DNA of 63,997 bases, the filler included, from Stramenopiles sp. TOSAG23-6 (taxonomy: Eukaryota): NCBI GenBank assembly GCA_900128565.1. It is 13 parts of 13 records of this genome, joined end to end, with 100 filler letters (N's around TTAATTAATTAA, not from the genome) between each part and the next. Parts side by side here need not be neighbours in the genome. Positions count along the whole stretch, not along the records: positions 1 to 4,867 come from LT637031.1; positions 4,968 to 9,827 come from LT637032.1; positions 9,928 to 14,787 come from LT637033.1; 10 more parts are not named here. One strand, given 5' to 3'. Below the pieces are notes generated by a model. That model saw only the letters and a program-made list of their open reading frames with translations. It was not told the DNA's origin and did no database searches. The translations under genes and the position numbers were made by a program. Shown piece by piece: positions 1-9,972 of the stretch (the stretch's first letter is position 1; every line of letters starts with the position of its first letter).

Positions 1-798
1 TTTAGAAATCCAAATAATCATGTGATCACATGCGATGATCTCAAAGCATTTTCAGCAGCGTTTGGAACAACTTCTGGAGCACCCATGTTTCACATGTCAG
101 GTATTACACCAGAAGTATCTATTGTAGAAAATTCATTAGAAAATATAAAAACAGAGGAATATATTGAGTTAACTGTTGAAGATCTTGCGAATGTTTGGAT
201 TGATCTAGATAATTCAGATACGGTAATTAATAATAAAAAATCAAATGATGTAGAGAGCTCAAATAGTAAAAATATTAACACGGATAAGAATACAGTAGAA
301 TTAATAGCCATTGGTAATCCTCATCTTTCACTGAATGAGTGCGCTTGGCTTGCTTCAATGTGTAGTAATGGAGAATCAAAACATCCTGATGTTTCTGTTG
401 TGGCAACTTTAGGTAGAGAAGTGTTTACATTGGCTGAAGAAGCTGGATATATAAAAAAGCTAGAAAAATTCGGTATGAAATTTATCACTGATACATGTTG
501 GTGTATGTTAACAGAACCTGTTGTCCCTCCACTTTCAAAAACACTGATGACAAACTCAGCTAAGTTTGCACATTATGGCCCAGCACTATTACAGCGACAA
601 GTTCGATTTGGGTCCATGATTTCGTGTTTGAGCACTGCACGCACAGGAAAAGCACCTCCATTGCCTGCATGGGTTAAACAGCATGGTTATCGGGGATTCT
701 GTACAACCACAAATAATACTTTACAATATAATACGTTGTGTAGTGTAAGGCGTTTAACTTTATGCTTTCTTTCAAGAGGAAAACGTTATTTTCGATAG
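1..798 (+). CDS. Aconitase X (AcnX/DUF521) catalytic-domain protein, 5'-truncated
   Basis: Motifs LKAFSAAFGTTSGAPMFHMSGITPE, AIGNPHLS, DTCWCM and MTNSAKFAHYGP; the frame is open from the window start. Confidence 0.8.
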   Translation, partial: FRNPNNHVITCDDLKAFSAAFGTTSGAPMFHMSGITPEVSIVENSLENIKTEEYIELTVEDLANVWIDLDNSDTVINNKKSNDVESSNSKNINTDKNTVELIAIGNPHLSLNECAWLASMCSNGESKHPDVSVVATLGREVFTLAEEAGYIKKLEKFGMKFITDTCWCMLTEPVVPPLSKTLMTNSAKFAHYGPALLQRQVRFGSMISCLSTARTGKAPPLPAWVKQHGYRGFCTTTNNTLQYNTLCSVRRLTLCFLSRGKRYFR

Positions 799-961
799 TA
801 TTGAAATGTAAAATATATTGTAAAACATTCAACAGTGTGTATTGCTTTACAAACCGAAGACCATATAATCTAAAAGCATGACAATTATAAAAGAAAACTC
901 ATACAATTATTATTTCATTTTTATTGTCCTATCTAGCAAACAATAAGTTGAAAATATAAAT

Positions 962-1900
962 TTATCGCTTTTGTATTTTTTTCATTAAAAAACAAACAGT
1001 ACCTGATACAATTAAAGATTCTAAACCAAGTAATAAAAAATAAGAGCCCCATTTGAATACCTTGGTCATATTCGTCTGAGCAGCTTCCCTTTCTTGTTCT
1101 AGTTTTATACATTCTGCACGTTGTTCGGCAAGTACAAGCCATACCTGTGATTTAGATAAAGATGATGATGCACCTTCAGCAGCGCTTTTTGCAGCTTTTG
1201 CAGCATTTCTAGTGGATAGCTTTATTGATTCTACGTTATATATTGAGTTTTGAGTTGGTGGAAGAGCTGCATCGATGCGTCTACGAAGAGTTTCAACTAG
1301 TAACTTTTCACTACTATGTCCAACATTTAATTTCCGTTTTGCCAATGAAACTCTAGTACGGGTAGTACTAGTTGTTGAGATGTTTCCCAATTCTGCAGCT
1401 TGGCGAGAGACTTCCAAACGAGCGATGAGTTCCTTGGGCGGAGCTTCAACTGGTGTACATGGACCAGATAACTTTTTAAGTGTTTCCAGTTTTTCTACAA
1501 TATTAGAGCGTACTACATGAGGGCTGCACCACGTAGACTCTTGGGTTCGAGGATCATAAAAGTATGCAAGCTCTGGGTTTCGTTTGGACACCTTTAATTC
1601 AAAACCCTGAAGTACTTCAGCTTGGACATCTGAACCAAGATTACGGAGATGTGCTCGTGTAAATCCTGATTCTAGAGTCGGTTGAGGTAACTTTGGTTTT
1701 ACATTCTGACTTGGTATTTCTATTGCCGATTTTACTTGGTGGGGTAGCTTTAGATGAGGAGGTGGTCTCTGTGGCGTTGTGAGATTATTACTTACTTCAG
1801 AGAAAGGAATCACGTCTGGCTTTGTCTTAGTTAACTCTGACCGTTCTCGAGAACGGGAGCGTAATAGAGAGGTTCGTTTTTGCTTATTTCGTCGCCTCAT
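962..1900 (-). CDS. Hypothetical protein with coiled coil and C-terminal transmembrane helix
   Basis: 312-aa ATG ORF; hydrophobic C-terminus; weak WW-like YFYDPRTQESTW. Confidence 0.6.
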   Translation of the reverse strand: MRRRNKQKRTSLLRSRSRERSELTKTKPDVIPFSEVSNNLTTPQRPPPHLKLPHQVKSAIEIPSQNVKPKLPQPTLESGFTRAHLRNLGSDVQAEVLQGFELKVSKRNPELAYFYDPRTQESTWCSPHVVRSNIVEKLETLKKLSGPCTPVEAPPKELIARLEVSRQAAELGNISTTSTTRTRVSLAKRKLNVGHSSEKLLVETLRRRIDAALPPTQNSIYNVESIKLSTRNAAKAAKSAAEGASSSLSKSQVWLVLAEQRAECIKLEQEREAAQTNMTKVFKWGSYFLLLGLESLIVSGTVCFLMKKIQKR

Positions 1901-2221
1901 CCCAACTTCTAATCCAATTTTAATTTTTGATCTAATTTAATTGGTGTTTGTAACTTTTTTTCATTGAACATCATCCGTTTTTTTGACATCATGATTTTTG
2001 ACTCCTGTATACGCGCGAAACCCTAACCCTAATTACAGCTAAAGTGGGCAAAAATTGAATAATGTAAGCTGTAGCGAAATTTATAAAAAAATGCCTAAGG
2101 AGTAATGTCAACAAAGATTAGTTACGCTTCTCGTTACAATAAAAATACAATGAAAATAAAATAAAAAAAATTCGATTTTATCTCCATGATTTTATTCATT
2201 TGTGATAAAAACTTCACTCAC

Positions 2222-3883
2222 TCAAAGAATAGTTTGCAGTATAATCAAGAGCAAACTCAGCAAAAGTACATGTTTTGTAGAAATGCTTGCAGATGAATTA
2301 GTCATGTAAGGATAGTTAGCAGTTGCACATAAATTAGCTGGTGATAGTTCCCACGCTGTCTCTGGCAATACTCCAGCAGATGGCTTACACTTTACTTGTT
2401 TATTCAACTGTGCAGCAGCACCAAACCAATTCATAGGAGTATCACATTTTGGTGCTGGTGCAGAGCTTACAGTTGCCAAACCACTTGCAGTACCAAACTT
2501 ACCTTTTGAAAGAGATACTACTGGACTTTCACTCTTTTGTAGCATTGCTAGACTTGGTGAGCAACCAGCTTTACAATCGTTTAGTTCACCTTTGTGCAAT
2601 TTTACTTCACATTTTTCAAATTTTTCCGGATCTTTTGTCGCAGTACTATCCGTAATACAAGTGTTGAATGATGTTTCACAGGCGGATGTACACGTCGTAG
2701 ATAATCCTAGGCAACCAGCTTTCCATGCCCACTCATTCTCAGGAGCTTTATGTCCACCTTGAACATTTTGCGTTGCATTCTTTGAAAATGAAAATAAACG
2801 TGCATCATGACCCTCAGACGTTGTAGCTTCATACATATTGTGATCACTACCGCATAAGGAATCATTTGTATACATTGTTAAACAATGAACCAATTTCTTG
2901 CCACATGTTTTTGGGTATACCGGCCAATAGCGACAATCCTTACAAAAATCTTGTGCGCAACAGTTTCCTTTGTCTTTTTGATGACTTGAAAATGTACATT
3001 GCGCTTGATAGCCATCAACTACAGGATTCCAACCAGTTTTGGCCAGACCACTACCTCCTTGCCATACACCTGCAACTCTATCGGAAAAACAGATAGCAAT
3101 ATAAACAGCAAACATAGCTTCCTGCGAAAACCCCATAGTAAAGACCTTGTCTTTATCCAACGTTTTGGTTTCATCCGTTGGCGCGGTTTGAGTAGCAATG
3201 AATTCCATTATTCCTGCCAAGTAGGGGAAATCACGCGAATCAGACTCTTTACAGGGTGTTGGGTTTGAATCGTTCGCAATACCATTATTTGGGAATTCTA
3301 AGCTGTAGCTACCCAAATCCTTGAGAGGAGAAGAGACGTCGATAAGGGCAAAGCCGTATGTATCTGCAGCTTTAGCTTCTTGCCCATTTGGGTTGATTGT
3401 TTGAGTGTTGTCTTTATACCCATACCCATTTAATTTTAATACTACTGGGCGCGCTGTTTTACTTGTCTTGAAATTTCCTTGAGGGTAGTACACAGAAAAA
3501 ATTCTTTCGACGTCTTTATTAGCTCCAGTCATTGGATAGAAAGAATAAACTGCTGGGTTCGCATTGTCGGCAGAACATAAAGTTGGAGTCGTAGGTTTTC
3601 CGTTTATTGTTTGGGTACACGCTCCAGTTTTTGTACCACTTGATGCTTCACTACTTGTTTTCGCGGTTTTCATTTCCTCGGTGTCGGTACAATTTTTTAC
3701 GCAACCACTAGCTTTCATTTTCTGCGTTTCGGCGTCCAACTGAGTGCGGCATTTGCTGTAGTCATTTTTGTTAAAAGGCATGCAATTTTTGACGAATTCG
3801 GTAGAGCATGAAGTACTACAAACACTAGCAAATGCTGCGTTGAAACAAAGAATCGCGCATATCAGATGCATGCATGACTGCAT
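2222..3883 (-). CDS. Secreted, probably GPI-anchored, Cys-rich alpha/beta-hydrolase (PHB-depolymerase/esterase-like)
   Basis: Signal peptide; nucleophile-elbow-like VFTMGFSQ; GGH near the C-terminal part; hydrophobic tail. Confidence 0.6.
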   Translation of the reverse strand: MQSCMHLICAILCFNAAFASVCSTSCSTEFVKNCMPFNKNDYSKCRTQLDAETQKMKASGCVKNCTDTEEMKTAKTSSEASSGTKTGACTQTINGKPTTPTLCSADNANPAVYSFYPMTGANKDVERIFSVYYPQGNFKTSKTARPVVLKLNGYGYKDNTQTINPNGQEAKAADTYGFALIDVSSPLKDLGSYSLEFPNNGIANDSNPTPCKESDSRDFPYLAGIMEFIATQTAPTDETKTLDKDKVFTMGFSQEAMFAVYIAICFSDRVAGVWQGGSGLAKTGWNPVVDGYQAQCTFSSHQKDKGNCCAQDFCKDCRYWPVYPKTCGKKLVHCLTMYTNDSLCGSDHNMYEATTSEGHDARLFSFSKNATQNVQGGHKAPENEWAWKAGCLGLSTTCTSACETSFNTCITDSTATKDPEKFEKCEVKLHKGELNDCKAGCSPSLAMLQKSESPVVSLSKGKFGTASGLATVSSAPAPKCDTPMNWFGAAAQLNKQVKCKPSAGVLPETAWELSPANLCATANYPYMTNSSASISTKHVLLLSLLLIILQTIL

Positions 3884-4133
3884 CTTTCGTAGATAGTACC
3901 TTTGAAAATTGAAGAAAGAGTTAAAGTTTGAACTTCAGGCGCAGGCAGGCGCAACAGGAGCGAGTGCAACTTGCACCTGCTCTGAGATTAATTATTTCTA
4001 GCTAGGGTTAGGGTAATCTCGCAGATATCGGCGGTCATCGTCATCAATCATCGCGAAAACAACCTTTTCTTTTTCAAAGTTTTCTTTCATTTACGACAAA
4101 TCCATATTAGTAATAGTTCCTACGTATAATCAC

Positions 4134-4391
4134 ATGGGTATGTGGGATTTAGGTCAGTCTATTTATGTTTTATGTTTTATATTTTTAATAGTTTTAGTTA
4201 GTGTAGTTGTCAAACTACGCCGCCGCCGAGCAACGTCATCAATTAAGAAGACTGACACAGACTTGGAGGGTGCGTATGGTCAATCACAGTACCGCATGAA
4301 GGATTTACACCACCCCAGAAACTCAAACCAACATCTGAAAAAAGTAACTTTCCCTGAGCGGTCCCACCAACAAGTTCCTGTGCATACATGA
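4134..4391 (+). CDS. Small single-pass membrane protein
   Basis: 85 aa; TM helix followed by KLRRRR. Confidence 0.4.
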   Translation: MGMWDLGQSIYVLCFIFLIVLVSVVVKLRRRRATSSIKKTDTDLEGAYGQSQYRMKDLHHPRNSNQHLKKVTFPERSHQQVPVHT

Positions 4392-4867
4392 CTAGCTCTT
4401 GATTGGATCGAATTTTCAAATGATATTCATCACCATGTAACTACGAGCTTTGCCAATATTTTTGAAAATGAAGGTAATAAAATACTATACTACCACTCTC
4501 TCTGGGGTTTGAACTTTTGAAGATCACGTTTTTTTTGACTTTTGAAAATTTGACTTTTGACTTTTGACTTTTGACTTTTGCCTCGTGACGTCATCATTTA
4601 AATTAAATAAAGTTAATTAACACACTTTCAAGGATAAAGTCCTCGGGGAAGGAAGGAATATTTAAAATCTACTAAATATTTTTGATTTTTCATAATATTT
4701 TCAACAATTACTAGCAGGGGCAAAAGATATTGATTGAAATATATTCAGAATTTGTTCAATATATGTGTATTTTATCATTTCAATAAATATTTTGATTCAC
4801 GAATACTTTAGATTTTTTTTCAAATTCGATTTTTTTTTCATACGAAATTTTGTACCTAACAATTTTT

Positions 4868-4967
4868 NNNNNNNNNNNNNNNNNNNNNNNNNNNNNNNNN
4901 NNNNNNNNNNNTTAATTAATTAANNNNNNNNNNNNNNNNNNNNNNNNNNNNNNNNNNNNNNNNNNNN
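4868..4967. other. Artificial contig linker (N-run/TTAATTAATTAA/N-run). Also at 9828-9927, 14788-14887, 19742-19841, 24695-24794, 29645-29744, 34589-34688, 39533-39632, 44475-44574, 49416-49515, 54356-54455, 59296-59395
   Basis: Identical 100-nt six-frame-stop spacer about every 4.95 kb; contig lengths decrease slowly. Confidence 0.98.
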
Positions 4968-5039
4968 TTTTTTTTTTTGAAAATTTTGTACCTAACAAAT
5001 TTAAGTTTTTTTTTTTGAAATATTTTTTCATCATACATG

Positions 5040-5246
5040 ATTGGTTTAACAGAAAGCAATGACACAGTAGCAGATGTAGAACTTGACTCGAGCAGTGAGA
5101 TTAGATATGGTAGTTCAGGTAAACACAATACAGATATGAGTTATTATGAACTTCTTGCAAATGCTGATTTTGACCATTTGAAGGAGCTCTCGTTGGATGA
5201 GCGTGGACGACACCGAGGAACAAAAGATGGCACTATAAGCAACTGA
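5040..5246 (+). CDS. Last exon of an unidentified gene
   Basis: Follows a family intron 3' end (TTTTGTACCTAAC ... CATCATACAT at 5039). Confidence 0.45.
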   Translation: MGLTESNDTVADVELDSSSEIRYGSSGKHNTDMSYYELLANADFDHLKELSLDERGRHRGTKDGTISN

Positions 5247-5441
5247 TGGCACTATAAGCAACTGATGTAATCGTTTTGTTAATTAAACCTAAAGAATAAA
5301 TTTTAATCAAATGAATCATGTTTCATCGTATTGATATCTATAATATAAAAAAAAAAGCTATGACTACAACTCACTAAAAATAGATGGGGTAGAAAGTAAG
5401 CACTTTAAAAAATACAAGAATTGCCGTGTAACAATGATTTT

Positions 5442-5885
5442 TTATGTATGAAAAAAAGTGTATGAAATAATCCATGTAACCATGAAACAACCAAATGCAG
5501 GCATCGCACCTTCCATGAGAAGTTTTGTTATATCCCACTCATCTTCATCAAGACCCAAGAATCTAGCGTAGAAAAATACCAAGCTCGAATTCAAGATAAC
5601 AGAACTACCTAAACCAATTGTCCCTTGAAGCGGAATGATTCCCCATAAAATACCTTGCAATAACGCAAACACTTGCCGCGACCAGTATATAATTTCCGGC
5701 AATTCTTCAAATTCATGTTCGGATAAACTCTGACCTGGTGTAAAAGCTTTCTCAACTATTGATAACGCACTGGCGTCAAAGGTTTCGGACTCATTCTTGA
5801 TTTTATTAGCAGCAGCTGCTTCTCGACGTTCTTTACGCGAAACGTTGCGACGGACACGCCTTTTTGGCGCTTCAGTGACAGACAT
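5442..5885 (-). CDS. RAB5IF: Rab5-interacting protein (RAB5IF/OPTI family)
   Basis: IIYWSRQVFALLQGILWGIIPLQG ... LLMEG ... FMVTWIISYT. Confidence 0.85.
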   Translation of the reverse strand: MSVTEAPKRRVRRNVSRKERREAAAANKIKNESETFDASALSIVEKAFTPGQSLSEHEFEELPEIIYWSRQVFALLQGILWGIIPLQGTIGLGSSVILNSSLVFFYARFLGLDEDEWDITKLLMEGAMPAFGCFMVTWIISYTFFHT

Positions 5886-6397
5886 CCTCTAAATTTGTGT
5901 TCTATGTGTTTTTACAATCTAGCTAGATAGGAAATATGAGATTCGCTAGCACCAAAGTAACTTATTGTATTGATATCAATATTGAACTAAAAAAGAAGGC
6001 CATGTGTGTTTGACCGTGTCCAGTCGACTAGTCGACTTCGCGTTTTTTTTTGGCTACGTAGCTACTAAGCAGGTTTGTCAATACTTTACATACGTTTGCG
6101 CAGAATAAAGACTTGGTGATTTCAAAAGCTGGTAATTTTTTGTTTGTTTGAATGGTTTCAATCTATACTGTTGTTTTTTTATGATAAATACTGGGTATTC
6201 AGATTTATATAGACCAGGTATGGAATTCGTGTAAACAAACTGGGTATTGTGGTTTATATAAACTGGTAACAGGTAATGAAAGATGAAGATTCCCTTCTAT
6301 GGTAATGAAAGATGAAGATTCCCTTCTATGTCTATGACTTATTTTAGAAGAGTGAGTAAAGCTGATATGATATTGACACGTTTTATATTATAATAAA

Positions 6398-6628
6398 TTA
6401 TGCAGCATACACACCAACATATTCTACCGATTTCCCTGCCGCTGTTGACCACTTTGACAAAGCCGATTCGACGGCGTCGTTACCTAGATCTGTGACCACC
6501 AAAACTTGCTTCGTCTCCAAATTTGGTTCACCTTTGAGATCCATTCCTTCAGCCTTCCCAATGATTCGTTTAATAGCTCCAGAGCAGCCTCCACATGTCA
6601 TTCCAATTTTGAATTCTAAGACTGGCAT
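6398..6628 (-). CDS. ATX1: Copper chaperone ATX1/ATOX1 (HMA domain)
   Basis: MTCGGC motif; 76 aa; C-terminal GK. Confidence 0.9.
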   Translation of the reverse strand: MPVLEFKIGMTCGGCSGAIKRIIGKAEGMDLKGEPNLETKQVLVVTDLGNDAVESALSKWSTAAGKSVEYVGVYAA

Positions 6629-6877
6629 TTTAAATTAGTTTGCTCTGTTTCTAAAGAAAAATGACTTTGCGTTGATTTTCTTTCTCAAATCGCGCTCTTC
6701 GTTTTTTTTGACCTTCAAGTTCAAAAGAAGTGACGTCATTTTTTCATTTTTTGACAGTCTCAAAAAACTCTGCTTTTTTTAGGCCACCACCAATAATTCA
6801 ATTTGACTACTTTTTAACCAAGGTAAAACACTAACTATTGCTTCGTTCTTTTTGTAATTTTCTTACGAAACGACACA

Positions 6878-9376
6878 ATGGGAATCGCTGATTTTGAAGG
6901 AGAAGAAAGAGAGTCTGATTATGGTACTATTCTTAAAGTTGCTGGGCCCCTTGTTATTGCTGAGAAAATGAAGGGTGCAGCAATGTACGAACTTGTGAGG
7001 GTTGGCTACGTAAAGCTTGTCGGTGAAATCATTAAGTTGGAACGCGACACAGCTTATATTCAGGTTTATGAAGATACATCTGGTTTAAGTGTAGGTGACC
7101 CTGTATTGCGTAAACGTCAGTTGCTAAGTGTTGAATTAGGCCCTGGTATCATGAATTCCATTTACGATGGTATTCAACGGCCTTTGGACACAATAGAACA
7201 GGTTTGTAATTCGTCCTTCATTCCTCGTGGTGTTGACGTGCCTTCNCTAAGCCGTGATAAGTTATGGAATTTCAAACCTCTTAACTTTTCTGAAGGAGAG
7301 CCAATATCCGGAGGATCCGTGTTTGGTGAAGTGTATGAAAATGAAATTTTCACTTCCCACAAAATCATGTATGCTTTCAACCTTCAATTTCAAATTCATT
7401 TTTTTTATACAAAATTTTGTACCTAAGGTTTTCTTTTGTGACATATTTTCCAAAAATACATGGTCCCTCCTAACTTATTTAATGGTGGTGGTACAGTGAC
7501 GAAAGTGTATGGGAACTTAAGTGATGGCCATGATGAATGGAATGTGGACGAACCTGTTCTCGAAGTATTAGATGAAGTCACTCGCAAGAAACACACCTGT
7601 ATGTTATTTTTTTGGTACGAAATTTTGTACCTAATGAAATTTTTTTTTTTGAATTTTTAACCCTACCCCTACATTTATTTTTTTCAATATGGATTTGTTT
7701 TTTTAAAAATTATACCTAAAACAATTTGAAATTTGAAATATTTTTTCGCATTACATTAACTATGGCACACTTTTGGCCTGTTCGTATTCCTAGACCAGTC
7801 AAGGAAAAATTGGCTGGTGATTCTGCTCTCATTACTGGGCAGCGTGTCATCGATGTATGTGTTCAAGTGTTCAAAGAGACTAATTTCATTTTTTTTTTCT
7901 TTTTTTTTTCATTTTTTTTTTCTTTTATTTTTCTTTTTTTTTTCTTTTTTTTTTCTTTGAAAATTGTATACCAAACTTTTTTTTTATCCAAATATATATA
8001 TATATATATATATTTCACAATACATGTACTATTTCCATCAGTCTTGGGAGGTACATGTGCAGTTCCTGGAGCTTTTGGATGTGGGAAAACAGTTATTTCA
8101 CAAGCTCTCTCGAAATTTGCAAATACTGATGGTATTATATATGTTGGCTGTGGTGAACGAGGCAATGAAATGGCTGAAGTCTTGAACGATTTCCCAGAAT
8201 TAAAAATGGAATTCCCAAGAGGAAGTGGTAAGCAAGTTGGTGTAATGAATCGTACCTGTTTAGTAGCAAACACATCAAATATGTACGTTTTTATCATCAA
8301 TTTCCAAATTTNTNTTTTTTTATAAAAATTTCGTGCCTAACAAAAAAAATATAAAAAAAACATATTTTTTCACAATGTATGCCCGTAGCTGCACGCGAGG
8401 CTTCAATTTACACTGGTATTACTCTCGCCGAATATTATCGTGATATGGGACTCAACATTGCGATGATGGGTGACTCAACATCTCGTTGGGCAGAAGCTCT
8501 TCGTGAAATTTCTGGACGTCTCGTACGTTTTCATTTCAATTTCGAATTTATTTTTTTTTTCATACGAAATTTTGTACCTAACAAATTTTTTTAGATTTTT
8601 GAAATATTTTTCACAATACATGGGGAAATGCCTGCTGATTCTGGATATCCTGCATATTTGGGCGCTCGTCTTGCAGCATTTTATGAACGTGCTGGGTGCT
8701 GTAGTTTACTGGGGAGTCCTGATCGGCGTGGAAGTGTTACGGTGGTTGGAGTATGTTTTATTTTTTTCAATTTTTTATCTAAATGTTTTTTTCGTACGAA
8801 ATTTTGTACCTAAAGATTTTTTTTTGAAATGTGTTTTCACAATATATGCTGTCTCTCCACCTGGTGGAGATTTTTCAGATCCTGTCACTTCGGCCACACT
8901 AGCTATTGTTCAAGTATTTTGGGGACTGGATAAAAAACTTGCACAACGTAAACATTTCCCTTCCTTGAATTGGTTAACATCCTACACGAAATATGAAAGT
9001 GTTTTGCTACCTTATTTTGAAAATATTCAAGCAGGGTATAAAGACCTCCGTGCCACGTGTCGTCAAATTCTTCAAATAGAAGATTCTCTTCAGGAGACTG
9101 TATGTTTTATTTTTTTTTAACAAAAAAATCGATTTGTTTTTCGTACGAAATTTTGTACCTAACAAATTTTAAGTTTTTTTTTTCAAATATTTTTCCAAAA
9201 AACATGTTCAATTGGTTGGAAAAGATTCATTGTCCGAAGATCAAAAAGTTGTTCTCGAAACTGCGAAAATTATTCGAGAAGATTTCCTTCAACAAAATGC
9301 TTTTACGGAGTATGACTACACATGTCCAATTTATAAATCAGTTGGCATGCTACGTGTCATCATTCACTTTTATCAT
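6878..9376 (+). CDS. ATP6V1A: V-type ATPase catalytic subunit A, 3'-truncated. Exons 6878-7368, 7462-7598, 7757-7854, 8026-8282, 8381-8522, 8622-8750, 8848-9099, 9206-9376
   Basis: GAFGCGKT P-loop, [34 protein letters not shown] and GAVSPPGGD are restored on joining the exons. Confidence 0.97.
7369..9205 (+). other. Seven GT-AT introns: 7369-7461, 7599-7756, 7855-8025, 8283-8380, 8523-8621, 8751-8847, 9100-9205
   Basis: Boundaries are fixed by conserved V-ATPase A residues; all start GTAYG and end CAT or TAT. Confidence 0.9.
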
Positions 9377-9501
9377 GTACGTTCTCGTATTACATTAGGG
9401 TTAGTTTTTTTTTTTTTTTTTTTTTTTAAACCCAAAATTTTTTTTTTTTTTAAAATTTTGTTCCCAAAAATTTTTTTTTTTTTTTTTTTTTCACAATACG
9501 G

Positions 9502-9827
9502 ATGGATTTATTTTTCAAAGTGTGTCCGATTCCAGAGGAACGTAAACAAAGAGTTCATTTTCATGATTTTATGATGAATGTTCATAGTCGAATTCGTGCA
9601 GTTAAAGATAATCAATTATTGCAACAGAAAAAATTACAAAAATCACAAAATCAAACATTTACTGGTAACTTGGATTTATCAAATGTACGTTTTTATCATT
9701 TATTTCAAAAAAAAAAAAAAAAAAAAATATTTCGTACGAAATTTTGTACCTAACGATTTTTTTTTTAATTTCAAAAAAAAAAAAAAATATTTTTTCACAA
9801 GATATGAATCCGATGCAATATCAATTG
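9502..9827 (+). CDS. AFG1: AFG1/ZapE-family ATPase, internal exons (GT-AT intron 9685-9805)
   Basis: MDLFF ... [15 protein letters not shown]. Confidence 0.8.
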
Positions 9828-9972
9828 NNNNNNNNNNNNNNNNNNNNNNNNNNNNNNNNNNNNNNNNNNNNTTAATTAATTAANNNNNNNNNNNNNNNNN
9901 NNNNNNNNNNNNNNNNNNNNNNNNNNNTTTTGTACCTAACGATTTTTTTTGAAATATTTTTCCAAAATACAT

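Noticed and set aside
4911-4923. TTAATTAATTAA repeated about every 4.95 kb
   Set aside because: It is an artificial concatenation linker within N-runs.
7367-7459. Reading the introns as AT-AC U12-type by sliding the boundaries 2 nt
   Set aside because: This works only where the exon ends in AT. It fails for 7599, 8523, 8751 and 9100, and the donors lack the U12 RTATCCT consensus.
8591-8594. Upstream TTAG as a canonical acceptor for intron 8523
   Set aside because: It is in frame but would insert 9 residues into the invariant GRLGEMPAD motif.
8563-9163. Recurrent 20-nt motif as a CRISPR repeat
   Set aside because: Spacing is irregular, the intervening DNA is exonic, there are no cas genes, and the context is eukaryotic.
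7726-9883. F/K-rich ORFs containing FVRNFVPN or YEILYLT
   Set aside because: These are translations of intron poly-T/A tracts and the internal motif, not proteins.
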